Assembly (NCBI GenBank): GCA_002269645.1
Contig: NIVC01000859.1
Location: forward strand, 124,001-188,000
DNA length: 64,000 nucleotides
Direction of reading: 5' to 3'
Source: Macrostomum lignano
Lineage: Eukaryota
The translations under genes were made by a program, and so were the position numbers. The notes under the pieces are model-generated. The model had not been told where the DNA came from. It was given only the letters and a program-made list of their open reading frames with translations, and searched no databases. Shown here in pieces: positions 35,254 through 47,543 of this stretch; the stretch's first letter is position 1; each line of letters opens with the position of its first letter.

Positions 35254-36497
35254 ATTCTGTCACTCCCGTTCTGTCACTCCCGTTCTGTCACTCCCGTTCT
35301 GTCACTCCCGTTCTGTCACTCCCGTTCTGTCACTCCCGTTCTGTCACTCCCGTTCTGTAACTCCCGTTCTGTCACTCCCGTTCTGTCACTCCCGTTCTGT
35401 CACTCCCGTTCTGTCACTCCCGTTCTGTCACTCCCGTTCTGTCACTCCCGTTCTGTCACTCCCGTTCTGTCACTCCCGTTCTGTCACTCCCGTTCTGTCA
35501 CTCCCGTTCTGTCACTCCCGTTCTGTCACTCCCGTTCTGTCACTCCCGTTCTGTCACTCCCGTTCTGTCACTCCCGTTCTGTCACTCCCGTTCTGTCACT
35601 CCCGTTCTGTCACTCCCGTTCTGTCACTCCCGTTCTGTCACTCCCGTTCTGTCACTCCCGTTCTGTCACTCCCGTTCTGTCACTCCCGTTCTGTCACTCC
35701 CGTTCTGTCACTCCCGTTCTGTCACTCCCGTTCTGTCACTCCCGTTCTGTCACTCCCGTTCTGTCACTCCCGTTCTGTCACTCCCGTTCTGTCACTCCCG
35801 TTCTGTCACTCCCGTTCTGTCACTCCCGTTCTGTCACTCCCGTTCTGTCACTCCCGTTCTGTCACTCCCGTTCTGTCACTCCCGTTCTGTCACTCCCGTT
35901 CTGTCACTCCCGTTCTGTCACTCCCGTTCTGTCACTCCCGTTCTGTCACTCCCGTTCTGTCACTCCCGTTCTGTCACTCCCGTTCTGTCACTCCCGTTCT
36001 GTCACTCCCGTTCTGTCACTCCCGTTCTGTCACTCCCGTTCTGTCACTCCCGTTCTGTCACTCCCGTTCTGTCACTCCCGTTCTGTCACTCCCGTTCTGT
36101 CACTCCTGTTCTGTCACTCCCGTTCTGTCACTCCCGTTCTGTCACTCCCGTTCTGTCACTCCCGTTCTGTCACTCCCGTTCTGTCACTCCCGTTCTGTCA
36201 CTCCCGTTCTGTCACTCCCGTTCTGTCACTCCCGTTCTGTCACTCCCGTTCTGTCACTCCCGTTCTGTCACTCCCGTTCTGTCACTCCCGTTCTGTCACT
36301 CCCATTCTGTCACTTCCGTTCTGTCACTCCCGTTCTGTCACTCCCATTCTGTCACTCCCGTTCTGTCACTCCCATTCTGTCACTCCCGTTCTGTCACTCC
36401 CGTTCTGTCACTCCCGTTCTGTCACTCCCGTTCTGTCACTCCCGTTCTGTCACTCCCGTTCTGTCACTCCCGTTCTGTCACTCCCGTTCTGTCACTC
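35254..36497. repeat. 14-bp minisatellite CACTCCCGTTCTGT, about 89 near-identical units, in GATA intron
   Basis: Direct observation. Starts about 22 bp after the donor. Confidence 0.97.
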
Positions 36498-37340
36498 GAT
36501 TCAGGCATGCAGCTTAAGCTTCTAACCATGCAGCATCCATCAATCCACCCTATATAGTAAGTTAGCATTTCGTCACTAGCAAGTGCTGACAACAGTCAGT
36601 CAGTCACTAAATTGTATACATAATCTTCTTTCGTTGGTTAATTAACTATTTTGACTTGGCCCCTGTGTTATGATAATCATAGTTAGAGTCAGAAAATTGT
36701 TAAGATTTTCTTCTTTGACTTTAGCTGCACTGGTCAGGAGAGTTGGTTGGCCATCTGCAGTTGTGTGTGTTTATTACTTTGGCAGCCACCAGTTGCAGGG
36801 GGGGGGGGCTTGGATTCTGCACGGTTCTAACTATATACACACACACTGGAGAATATATTAAGAATTCTTGAACATCAATCGCAAGCAGGGCAAAGCAGCC
36901 AGTTGCATCAGTACCTACCAACGCCATCTTTATCGCTCCTAGAAGATCTCGATTCTCATCCTGCTGCAGATCTGTATACAGATTCTGCTTTAGCAAACAA
37001 ATTCAAAATTGTTGCTATTGGGGGGTTGCAGTTGGCAGCGTGTGGTTGGGTTGGGGCTGATTTAGAAATATTTTGCTATTTAGCCATCGCGTGTTTGGGA
37101 GTTCAATGGTGCAATTCAAGGTACTGCAAAGCATGCCGAAAGCCAAACAGCATGCATGCAGTTAATCTTTCATCTATATCTATTGCTAATCCCGTCCCCA
37201 ATCCCGTAGCCTTCGCGCCGTTCTGGGTGGCATCCCCACTGTGTCCAGGTTCAAAATATTAGACACTTAGAAGCACGGATTTTCAGCACAATAAATAAAT
37301 GTATCCCACGAATGCAAGGCGCGGAGAATATTGACTATAG

Positions 37341-37637
37341 ATTTGCGGAGATTATGAGTATTCTCTGCTCGCTGTATTCGCGGGACACGTTTTGTCTATG
37401 GTAGAAGAAAGTGTTCAATCAACCTCAATCTGGCTCACGGCGTTAATTTTATTGTCTATGGCAGCGGAGGAGATTTGCCATAGACATTCTCCGAGTTAGA
37501 TTATACATTTAGTCACAATCGCAAGCCCTAGCGAGAGCATTAGGGTAAATAAGGTTCCGGCCATAGACAAACTCGGGGAAGAAGATTTTATTCTACCCAA
37601 ATTTGGAAGTTTATTTCAACTGGTTATCTCCGCAAAC
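37341..37637. mobile_element. Possible small MITE-like element
   Basis: 12/14 inverted ends (ATTTGCGGAGATTA / TTATCTCCGCAAAC) and internal inverted TGTCTATGG / CCATAGACA pairs. No clear TSD. Confidence 0.3.
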
Positions 37638-38404
37638 GAATACTAAGCCTTACAAACTGCTTGAATTTGGTTGCCATTTGATTCACCCTTTCGCCGATCT
37701 TTGCTTTGGTTTTCTTCAATCCAGTAGCAAGCAGGCGTTACACGCGAAGATGGAGCTGTCAAGATAATGTCGACTATATGTATATATAGACCCATTGGCT
37801 ATTGCAGATTCTACAATAACAGGAGTTCCTATCCCTATACCCATCACTATTAAGGGTAGATTATTGAAAGTACAAAATCAAAAAAAAGAATGATTTCTTT
37901 ATTCAGCAGAGTATGCGGGATGTTGATAGTGTGTTACAATTATCTGCGTGAGGCTAAGCGCGACTATCGTATATCTATATGAACAGGAAAGATCTGTAAG
38001 CCAGATTAGAACATGGAAATAGTAACATGTGCTCAAAACCGACCGATTTGCTCACTTTGGACGCCCTCATTGTGTTGGCGTGGACTCTCTGCAACTCAAA
38101 GCCACCTGGCGCAGGGGCGGCGAAGAAGCCACGCAATGTGGTCAGTATATTTAGCGGCCGAATCGACAGACGCGAGTGATGATAAGCATCTCGGACATCC
38201 ATGCATGCAGAGCCCGCGCGGTCCAACCACCCGAGACTAAAGCGTAATGACTGGTGGGTGGGCCGGACGACGAGATGGGGGCTGAGGTGACCACAGTAGC
38301 GGCCGCTGAGCTCGATTCTCTCTTTTCTTTCAGTTTCAGTCCCATTTTAGGCGCCTTTAAAAGTTTCTGTTAGTTGCCTTTTCACCCACTTTTGAGGGTA
38401 CCTC

Positions 38405-39025
38405 ACCTGACATCGCATTTTAGGTCAGTCTGACACCGCATTTTAGGTCAGTCTGTCATCGCATTTTAAGTCAGTCTGACATCTCAATTTAGGTCAGTCT
38501 GACATCTCAATTTAGGTCAGTCTGTCATCGCATTTTAGGTCAGTCTGTCATTTAATTTTAGGTCAGTCTGACATCTCATTTTAGGTCAGTCTGTCATCGC
38601 ATTTTAGGTCAGTCTGTCATTTAATTTTAGGTCAGTCTGACATCTCATTTTAGGTCAGTCTGTCATTTAATTTTAGGTCAGTCTGACATCTCATTTTAGG
38701 TCAGTCTGACATCTTATTTTAGGTCAGTCTGTCATCGCATTTTAGGTCAGTCTGTTATCGCATTTTAGTTCTGTCTGACATCTCAATTTAGGACATTCCT
38801 GACATCTCAGTTTAGGACATTCCTGACATCTCAATTTAGGACATTCCTGACATCTCAATTTAGGATATTCCTGACGTCTCAGTTTAAGACATTCCTGACA
38901 TCTCAATTTAGGACATTCCTGACATCTCAATTTAGGACATTCCTGACATCTTAGTTTAGGACATTCCTGACATCTCAATTTAGGACATTCCTGACATCTC
39001 AGTTTAGGTCATCCCTGACATCTCA
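38405..39025. repeat. Two-part minisatellite: 23-bp TTTAGGTCAGTCTGACATCTCAA switching to 24-bp TTTAGGACATTCCTGACATCTCA(A/G)
   Basis: Direct observation. The switch is near 38770-38800. Confidence 0.9.
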
Positions 39026-39654
39026 TTACCGGCTTATAAGAGAACAAATGAGATTCGTTTTAAGTTCGACTTATATTGAGATGGATAGCGAGAGAGAAAA
39101 GAGCGTAACTCATATGAAACAATATTTTAGAATCCGACTCAGAGAAGTGGTCCTCCTCTATATGACCAGCGAATAAGGCTCATAAAACTTGTGACTTTAA
39201 GCAAAAATCCTGCAGCATAAAAAGGAAACTCGAACTCTATTTTATGACTTCTTGGTCGGTTTTAATCTGGAATCTTACTCTACGTAATCAGAGATGCCAA
39301 TCTATAGCCTCTTTAATGGTTAGGACAGGTCCCAGACTCTGTAATCTACATGCTTTCAACCTGTACAAAAAAGAGTTTCAAGAGCCATCAAAACTCTGTG
39401 TTTTAGAGTAATAAGCGATAAAAGACAGTTTGTCAGGCAACACATGGATTAGCTTACTCCTTGACTTGTTCTGCCTTTTTATTGTCAGACGAACAGCAAT
39501 TGTTGCTTCAAAAGTTTTATAGCGGCGCCAGAGTGTGTATAGGTATGGCCTGATCCCTGATCCCCTTCAGCTCAAGCTGATCCTGGATCAGCTCAGGTTA
39601 CAAATCGAATTGTCTCTTCTTATCAATGATTTTCAATCTTAACCCAATCTAACA

Positions 39655-40055
39655 CTCTCATCTCACCCGTCTCATCTCACCCGTCTCATCCCACCCGTCT
39701 CATCTCACCCGTCTCATCTCACCCGTCTCATCCCACCCGTCTCATCTCGCCCGTCTCATCTCACCCGTCTCATCTCACCCGTCTCATCTCACCCGTCTCA
39801 TCTCACCCGTCTCATCTCACCCGTCTCATCTCACCCGTCTCATCTCACCCGTCTCATCTCACCCCGTCTCATCTCACCGTCTCATCTCACCCCTCTTATC
39901 TCACCCCGTCTCATCTCACCGTCTCATCTCACCCCTCTTATCTCACCCCGTCTCATCTGACCCCGTCTCATCTCACCCCGTCTCATCTCACCCCGTCTCA
40001 TCTCACCCGTCTCATCTCGCCCGTCTCATCTCACCCGTCTCTTCTCACCCGTCTC
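39655..40055. repeat. 14-15 bp minisatellite CATCTCACCCGTCT
   Basis: About 28 units. Confidence 0.92.
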
Positions 40056-40694
40056 AACTTAGCCGTCGTATCTAAACCACAAAAGTCTCATCTCATCCCT
40101 CCTATCTTGCTCGCCTCTAATATCTCAATTTGCCGCCAATCTTGTCAACCTTTTTTATAATTTCCCCAACAAAAAATCCTCAAAGGATTCCCAAAAAAGC
40201 TAAAAATTGCATTGCAGAATTTCAAAAAAACTATTTTTGCTGCTCAAACCTCCAGACCTCCACAAAGACGAGATGAGCATGCAAAATGCAACAGAAGGAC
40301 TGAAATCATTTTTTTGAATAATTAAATTAGCATTCCTTTTCTGTCCTGTCTTTCTTTGGCGGTGTTATGAAAATATGGCTGCAAAAAATGCTTTAAAAAA
40401 CTGGTAACCTACCATACAAACCCGCACCCCATAACAGCAGAGCTGAATGTGTTGCCAAGCTGTTCTAAATTGTCATGTTACAGAAAACTTCAAACATCTG
40501 TGAAAGAGACTGAAAATCTACAGTTATTATTGAGAGGGGATTAGCCTGATGAGCAACAGGGAACCACCAAACCCCATGGGAAAAGCGAGTTGGGGGGGGC
40601 AGAATTTTTTAGCAACACACGAGTTTTTCAGCTTCATCTTTATGCTCAACTTTTTATGAGCTGCTTCTTTCATTCTGGCGAAGGAAGGTTGTTC

Positions 40695-41380
40695 TATATA
40701 GATCTAAGATCGGATGTTCTATAGATCTAGTTCTATAGATGTAATCTTCGTACCGTATAGATCTAAGATCAGTTTGTCTATAGATATAAGCTTTGTTGTT
40801 CTATAGATCTAAGCTTGGTTGTTCCATAGATCTAGTTCTATAGATCTAATCTTCCTATAGATCTAAGATCAGTTAGTCTATAGATCTAATCTTCGTATAG
40901 ATCTAAGATCAGTTAGTCTATAGATCTAAGCTTGGTTGTTCTATAGATCTAAGCTTGGTTGTTCTATAGATCTAAGCTTGGTTGTTCTATAGATCTAAGC
41001 TTGGTTGTTCTATAGATCTAAGCTTGGTTGTTCTATAGATCTAAGCTTGGTTGTTCTATAGATCTAAGCTTGGTTGTTCTATAGATCTAAGCTTGGTTGT
41101 TCTATAGATCTAAGCTTGGTTGTTCTATAGATCTAAGCTTGGTTGTTCTATAGATCTAGTTTTATAGATCTAATCTTCGTATAGATCTAAGATCAGTTAG
41201 TCTATAGATCTAAGCTTGGTTGTTCTATAGATCTAAGCTTGGTTGTTCTATAGATCTAAGCTTGGTTGCTCTATAGATCTAGTTCTATAGATCTAATCTT
41301 CGTATAGATCTAAGATCAGTTAGTCTATAGATCTAAGCTTGGTTGTTCTATAGATCTAGGCCTGGTTGCTCTATAGATAA
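40695..41380. repeat. 23-bp minisatellite CTATAGATCTAAGCTTGGTTGTT with variants
   Basis: Direct observation. Confidence 0.92.
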
Positions 41381-42281
41381 AAGCCTAATATGCTAAGAAC
41401 TCTTTGATCTTTTAAATTATGGATCTATAGATCTAGTCATATATCTCTATAAGAAATTTTCATTTCCTTGACAGTTGGCAGTTGGGCTGACAGTCTGGTT
41501 TCCTGCATCAAGGAAGCAATTGTCGCTAGTTTTTTGCAACAAGAACAAGACCAACACAAAAGCAACACAAGTTGCTTATTTCATTCAGTGCACTGCGAGT
41601 CTGTAGAGACCCGGATCAAAAAAAGGTTTCCAAGACAGAGAGGCGCCAGCGGGTCTGGTCTGAAAAAGGCAAAAGCTTTAGTAATAAGTAATATAATAAC
41701 CATAGAAGCTAGCATTTCCACCTAGCACTATACCCGAGGAGAGAGAGAGTATTGGGAAGAATTTCAACACGAGGGTGTCTGGCTGACAAGAGAGGCATGC
41801 GGCGGGGGGGGGGTCTCGTGGCGCCGAACCGAGACCATCAAAAATTGCAACGCAAACAATCGAGGCACAGAGCCAAAATTTCAAGTCCTCTCTCTCTCTG
41901 TTTGACAACCTCCGCTTCTCCCCCCTGAGATTCCTTTATAACTTCCCAAGAGAACGAGGTGCAACTCGCTTTCCAAATGATCGCAAAAGGACACCAAGAG
42001 TTGGGACAAAGACCTGACCATAACGGGGTGGTGTTCATAACTCGGGTATATATATATACACAACCAGTACCGCATTCACAACCATATAAGCGAAAAAACT
42101 ATCAGCCTGAAGTGGAGAGAAAGCAACAGTCTGCCTACAAGTTGTTTGCCAGATCAAACGGTGCTTAACAGAGATTAGTTTGTAGTTTTGTACAGCATGC
42201 TTACAGCAGCAAATTTTACCGCATTCGGTCCCATCCCGATGCTCGTGGCACCGACTCCGTCATCGCTGTTTTATTCCGCAG

Positions 42282-43360
42282 ATCATCAGCAGTACAACCG
42301 ATCGTCCGCTCAGAGATTTGCCTGGATGTCAGCTCAGCAGCACCAACAGCAGCAGCAACCGCAGCAGCAGCAACATCACCAGTGGTTTAGCCAGCACGGT
42401 CTTGGGCATCAGCACTATCAACAGCAGCAGCAGCAGCAGCAGCTTCCATTCGCCACAGCTGGCACTCCGGAGACTCCACCAGCAACTATTCCGGTGTCAG
42501 TCGGCTTCATCAACACCAGCAACAGCGGCAACAACTGCAACAGTAGCAGCTACCTGCAACATGCCGCCTATCAATCATTCTTGAACGGTGTCTCCGGCTC
42601 CGCCTCCTCCACTGGCATCTCTGTCAAAGGTGAGCCGCCAGAAGGCCTGTCGCTGCCGCTGTCGCGGTCGCAGAACTCGGCGGCCCTGCACGAGGAGGCG
42701 TCCGCGGTTGACCTGTTGAACAACCAGAGCGGCAGCAACGATCACGAGACCACGGCGGCTACCGACGATCGGCGAAGGCGGAGCAGCACCGAGGACCCCG
42801 GAGATGTCACTAGCGGAGTGCCGGAGGAGCAGGACGAGCGGGAAGACCCGGACGACGTCAGCTGCTACCATGACGGAGCCTCAGCGGCTGTGGCGGCGGC
42901 CTCAGCGCAGCAGTCGTTGGCTTGGGCAGCAGCTGCAGCCGCAGCAGCGGCCTCACAGCAGCATCAGCAGCATCAACAACAGCAACAGCAGCAGCAACAG
43001 CAGATGCTGCAGACTCCGCTGCCTCATCACCAGATCAATGGTCAGCATCTTCTGCTTCCGGAGCAGCAGCAGGAGCTTCAGCTGCAGCAGCAGCAGCATC
43101 AGGAGCACCATCAAACTCCTAACAACCAAATTCTGCCTCCCCTACCGCCGCCAGCGCCTCGGCAGACTTCCACGGGTAAAAAGTCTGGCGGCGGAGGCGG
43201 CAGCGCCGCTACAGAAGGTCGCGAGTGCGTCAACTGCGGTGCCACCAGCACGCCGTTGTGGCGCCGAGATGGCGCCGGTCACTACCTGTGCAACGCGTGC
43301 GGCCTCTACCAGAAGATGAACGGCAGCGCCAGACCGCTGGTGAAGCCCAAGAGGAGGCTG
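42282..43360 (+). CDS. GATA123: GATA factor exon: polyQ/polyA region plus N-terminal zinc finger
   Basis: Acceptor GTTTTATTCCGCAG| (42281, phase 1). [49 protein letters not shown]. Phase-0 donor CTG|GTGAGT at 43361. Confidence 0.93.
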
Positions 43361-44923
43361 GTGAGTGGCGAGTTTGGCTAACTGCTGGGATCTGTGAATG
43401 GGTTGCTCAGTGGCGCACTTTAAGCGACATTGTCACACAACCGGTGAGAGGCATTGCTGCCCATTCCGCCGACTCCCCTGAGCAAGTATACAAGCGCGCG
43501 GATACGGCCCCAACTTTATTTATCGTTAGGCATGTACACTTCACTGGGCCCTGGGGGTTGGCCCTCAAGGCCGTTAATTGCGAGAGCGGAGCCAAGCCGA
43601 GATTCCAATTCAGCCCCAAATTAATGCGACTGCATTTGGAATCGAGCCTGGGCCGCTAAGCACCATAGCTATCAAAAATTTCAATTTTTAATGCAAAAGC
43701 AATTTTCTAAACCAACTTCAATATTTATTCAGACCAGTACTGCACCGTGACTGCAACAAGAATCCCAAAATCCATCACGTCAACAGATTGATAAATCTAT
43801 GCAAATTTCAAAGCTTACAAAAGCCAACGAAAATCCCTAAAAAATTAAAAAAATACTTCACTCATTATTAAGCTTCCTTAAATATTCCTCAGTGATGTTT
43901 CTTCAGCCAGAGCTTCAGACCTAACAATTGACCCATCAACCTTATAGCGCCGGTGTGTTTGCAGAATGTAAGCTGAAGTTTATCTGTATCGGCGCATCGG
44001 GTCTGCTTTCCTCCTTTCCTGTGTACCTCTCGTTCAGAGAGAGGTCCATGAACCCACGGGAGGCTTGGGGCTTGAGGTAAATTTTATCAGCTCAACCATC
44101 TCCAAACCTCGACCTAGGCAAGGGGGGCGCGGCCTCCGGTTTTCTCCACTTTTCGTGGCAGGTCTCGGCGGGAGGTCCTCAAGGGGGGGGTATTTCATGC
44201 CGACAGGCACAGACCAACAGAATGTCCATCAATTCTCTATTTATTCTTTCATTCGATGATTCCTTGAATCGTGAACCCCATACCCTATCCCAGTCTCGTG
44301 TACCACCAGAATGATTGTTAAATTTAATAATAAATTGACAACAATTATTCAAATCAGTTTCGAACTCTGTTCCCCTCTTTGCCTCTCTCCTCTCTCCTCT
44401 CTCTTCTCTCCCTTCTCTCTCCCTCTCTGGGTCCTCTCCCCGTGTCTCCCCATCCGCTCTCTCCCTTCTCTCCCTCTCCTCTATCTCCTCCTCTCTTCCC
44501 TCTCTCTAGCCTCTCTCTCCCCGCTCCCCTCACTCTTTCTCTTTTCTCTGGTCTTCCACAAAAAGCACGGCGGATCTGCACCACCGATTAGGATAATTAC
44601 ATATTAGGGAAAGGTAACTAGGTAGATTTGACAAGCGCCTAATCGTCTTGTTACCAACGACCAAGTTTCGACGCGGTCTGCAGAGCTTCCTTTTCAACTC
44701 TATAGGCAAGACACAATGGAAGCGCTGGATTATGAAAAAACCACCAAGTGTACGGGCTGTCAAAGATGAGGGTTAAAAAGTCGATTAAGCTGTCAAAAGG
44801 TGGCGGGAAGTGACTGTAAGACCGGACTTAATTAAGGGGTTTCTCACGTCGCTTTCGTCCGACTGGCTAAGCAAAGTTTTCAGCAAAATTAACGCACTGG
44901 AATACATTTCTTCTTTTTTGCAG

Positions 44924-45049
44924 ACAACCACCCGCCGGGTTGGCATCATCTGTTCGAACTGCAACACAACATCCACCACTCTCTGGCGCAGGAATGGCAA
45001 CGGCGAACCCGTGTGCAACGCATGCGGTCTTTATTACAAGCTGCACAGC
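44924..45049 (+). CDS. GATA123: GATA factor exon: C-terminal zinc finger
   Basis: Acceptor TTTTTTGCAG| (44923). [33 protein letters not shown]. Donor |GTGAGT at 45050. 126 nt. Confidence 0.96.
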
Positions 45050-45536
45050 GTGAGTTGCCGGAATTCGGTGGTCTTTGTTGTCTCAAGAAACATCCTTCAC
45101 ATCCGCAGAATTTCTGCAGTTTATGAAAAATAACAATAAATCATAGAGCACAAGACCGGGTTTTAGAGAGTCTTTGTTTCCCAATTGGCTCCATTATTGC
45201 GAGGTCTTTGTTGCAAATTAATTCGAAAAACTTGTTAAAAGAACTGTCAGTTAGAATAACAAAATTTTCAAGGCCACTGTCGCAGTGTGAGAGTATTTCC
45301 ACTGATTGGTATACTTACGGAATTAAGTATTTAAAGAGCAATTTTCTAAACATTTCCTATATTCATAAAGCGCACAGGATTTCAATTAAAAGTCTCTAAC
45401 TAGGAGTTAATTGCTGAAATTTAATGCTGCAGATTAGATTAGCCATTGACTTTCAACTTATAATTTTTGATTTTCTAATAATTCCTCCAAACTATAACAA
45501 TACCAAATATTCATCTGGGTTCAGCAATAGAAGTTC

Positions 45537-45931
45537 CATTAGAATCCCCATTACAACCCTCATTAGAATCCTCATTAGACTCCTCATTAGAATCCTCATT
45601 AGACTCCCCATTAGAACCCCCATTAGAATCCCCATTAGAATCCCCATTAGAACCCTCATTAGAACCCTCATTAGAATCCTCATTAGACTCCTCATTAGAA
45701 TCCTCATTAGACTCCCCATTAGAACCCCCATTAGAATCCCCATTAGAATCCCCATTAGAACCCCCATTAGAACCCTCATTAGAACCCTCATTAGAACCTC
45801 CATTAGAATCCTCATTAGAACCATCAATAGAACCCTCATTAGAACCCCCATTAGAACCCCCATTAGAACCCTCATTAGAACCCTCATTAGAACCCTCATT
45901 AGAACCCTCATTAGAACCCTCATTAGAACCA
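45537..45931. repeat. 12-bp minisatellite CATTAGAA(C/T)CC(C/T) in the last GATA intron
   Basis: About 33 units, ending about 19 bp before the acceptor. Confidence 0.93.
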
Positions 45932-45950
45932 TCCAACTAACTCACTGCAG

Positions 45951-46535
45951 GTGAACCGGCCGGTCTCAATGAAGAAAGACGGCATCCAGACTCGAAACCG
46001 ACGACTATCGCAGAAGTCAAAAAAGCGACGTCGATCAGGCGGCGGCGTCGGTCCAATCCCCGGCGGCGGCGGCGGTTTGATCAGCGCCGGTTCCATGTCG
46101 ATTGTGGGCGCGGATTTCAGCCACCACCATCATCATCATCACCACCAGTTCATGGACTCGCACCAGTCCGCCACCGACTATTTGCACAAGTTCGGCGCCG
46201 CTCTGTCGGTCGGACCGCCGACGGCCTCCGTGATCCCAGCAGCGTCGGCTTACTACTGGCACGGAGCCTACGGTAGGGCGGCGGCCGCCGCGGCTGCAGC
46301 TTCCGGCCAGACAGTGACGCCTCATCATCAGCAGCAACAGCATCACCAGTTCCAGCAGTATCCGCAGTCGCAGCCTCATCAGCTTCATCAGCAACAGCAC
46401 AGTCCAATGGGCTACGGACTGCAGACTCCTCCAGCACCTGGCCTGATGGCAGCTGATCATTCATCGGTTGCAGCCGCAGCCTACATGTCGCAGCACCCGG
46501 CAGCGCATCCCTACCCCACCAACTTGACCATTTAG
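45951..46535 (+). CDS. GATA123: GATA factor last coding exon (basic tail, polyH/polyQ)
   Basis: Acceptor CTAACTCACTGCAG|. VNRPVSMKKDGIQTRNRRLSQKSKK fits the GATA1/2/3-type TRNRK..KSKK, not the GATA4/5/6 TRKRKPK. Stop TAG at 46533-46535. Candidate AATAAA at 46738. Confidence 0.95.
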   Translation: MNRPVSMKKDGIQTRNRRLSQKSKKRRRSGGGVGPIPGGGGGLISAGSMSIVGADFSHHHHHHHHQFMDSHQSATDYLHKFGAALSVGPPTASVIPAASAYYWHGAYGRAAAAAAAASGQTVTPHHQQQQHHQFQQYPQSQPHQLHQQQHSPMGYGLQTPPAPGLMAADHSSVAAAAYMSQHPAAHPYPTNLTI

Positions 46536-47072
46536 TTAAGCAGTAAAACAAAAAACACAACGCGGAAAAACAAATTAACGACTGCTTTTTTGCCTTTTAT
46601 CTGTCGGATTTTAATGTCGACTAGCTGATTGTCAAGTTCTATCCATATGTCTATTTTTTGTTCCATCATAATTGCTCCCCTGGAATTAATTTGACGAAGG
46701 TCAATAATAGTCAATTTTTACGCAACAATTAAAATGCAATAAATTTGTTTAACCTGTTTCATTTGTTCCATTCAAATTTAGCAATAACTTTTGTTATAAA
46801 TTTGCATCATTTTTTTCGTTTTGTAAAAAAACAAGTTGATTAAATTTGGCAATTGCATGTTTCGATGAAGATTTGGCAAATAATAATTCGAACGCAATAT
46901 GATAAATTTATAGTTGTATTTTAATTTTGTATCAAGCTGCCAGCTCTCAAAGTCATTTTCCAATTGTGTCTCGTGTAGTCAATAATCAATTGAGTGATTT
47001 TCCATTTACCAAACTGACTTTAATCGGTCTTGGAAAATACTCGTAACTCTTTGATTTAAAAACAACTATAAT

Positions 47073-47543
47073 AGGCGCCAAGCTTAAAGATAATTGGCGC
47101 CAAGCTTAAGATAATAGGCGCCAAGCTTAAAGATAATTGGCGCCAAGCTTAAGGATAAATGGGCGTCAAGCTTAAATAGAATGGGCGCAAAGCTTAAGAT
47201 AATAGGCGCCAAGCTTAAGAAATGGGCGCCAAGCCTAAGATAATAGGCGCCAAGCTTAATATACAGGCGAAAAGCATGAGATAATAGGCGCCAAGCTTAA
47301 GATAATAGGCGCCAAGCATAAGATTATGGGCGCCAAGGTTAAAATAAATGGGCGCCAAGCCTAAGATAATAGGCGCCAAGCTTAAAATACAGGCGACAAG
47401 CATAAGATAATGGGCGCCAAGGTTAAAATAAATGGGCGCCAAGCTTTAAGATAAATTAGATAATAGGCGCCAAGCTTAAGATAATGGTCGCTAAGCTTAA
47501 GATAATAGGCGCGAAGCTTGTAAGATAAAGGGCGCCAAGCTTA
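47073..47543. repeat. About 21-bp minisatellite ATAGGCGCCAAGCTTAAGATA
   Basis: About 21 diverged units. Confidence 0.9.

Noticed and set aside
30661-36525. EREM/SP-repeat and HSRSVTPVLSLPFC-repeat ORFs
   Set aside because: Microsatellite or minisatellite translations. The latter lies inside the inferred GATA intron.
39040-39600. Possible partial LTR ending GGTTACA
   Set aside because: No matching TG start or TSD was identifiable, so the evidence is insufficient.
42188-42281. ORF-track start MYSML as the true GATA N-terminus
   Set aside because: It starts at TTG within a polypyrimidine/acceptor region. A strong phase-1 acceptor at 42281 fits the upstream exon better, though ATG 42197 or acceptors near 42206 cannot be fully excluded.
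45511-45936. Minus-strand EGSN-repeat ORF antisense to GATA
   Set aside because: It is coextensive with a 12-bp intronic minisatellite.
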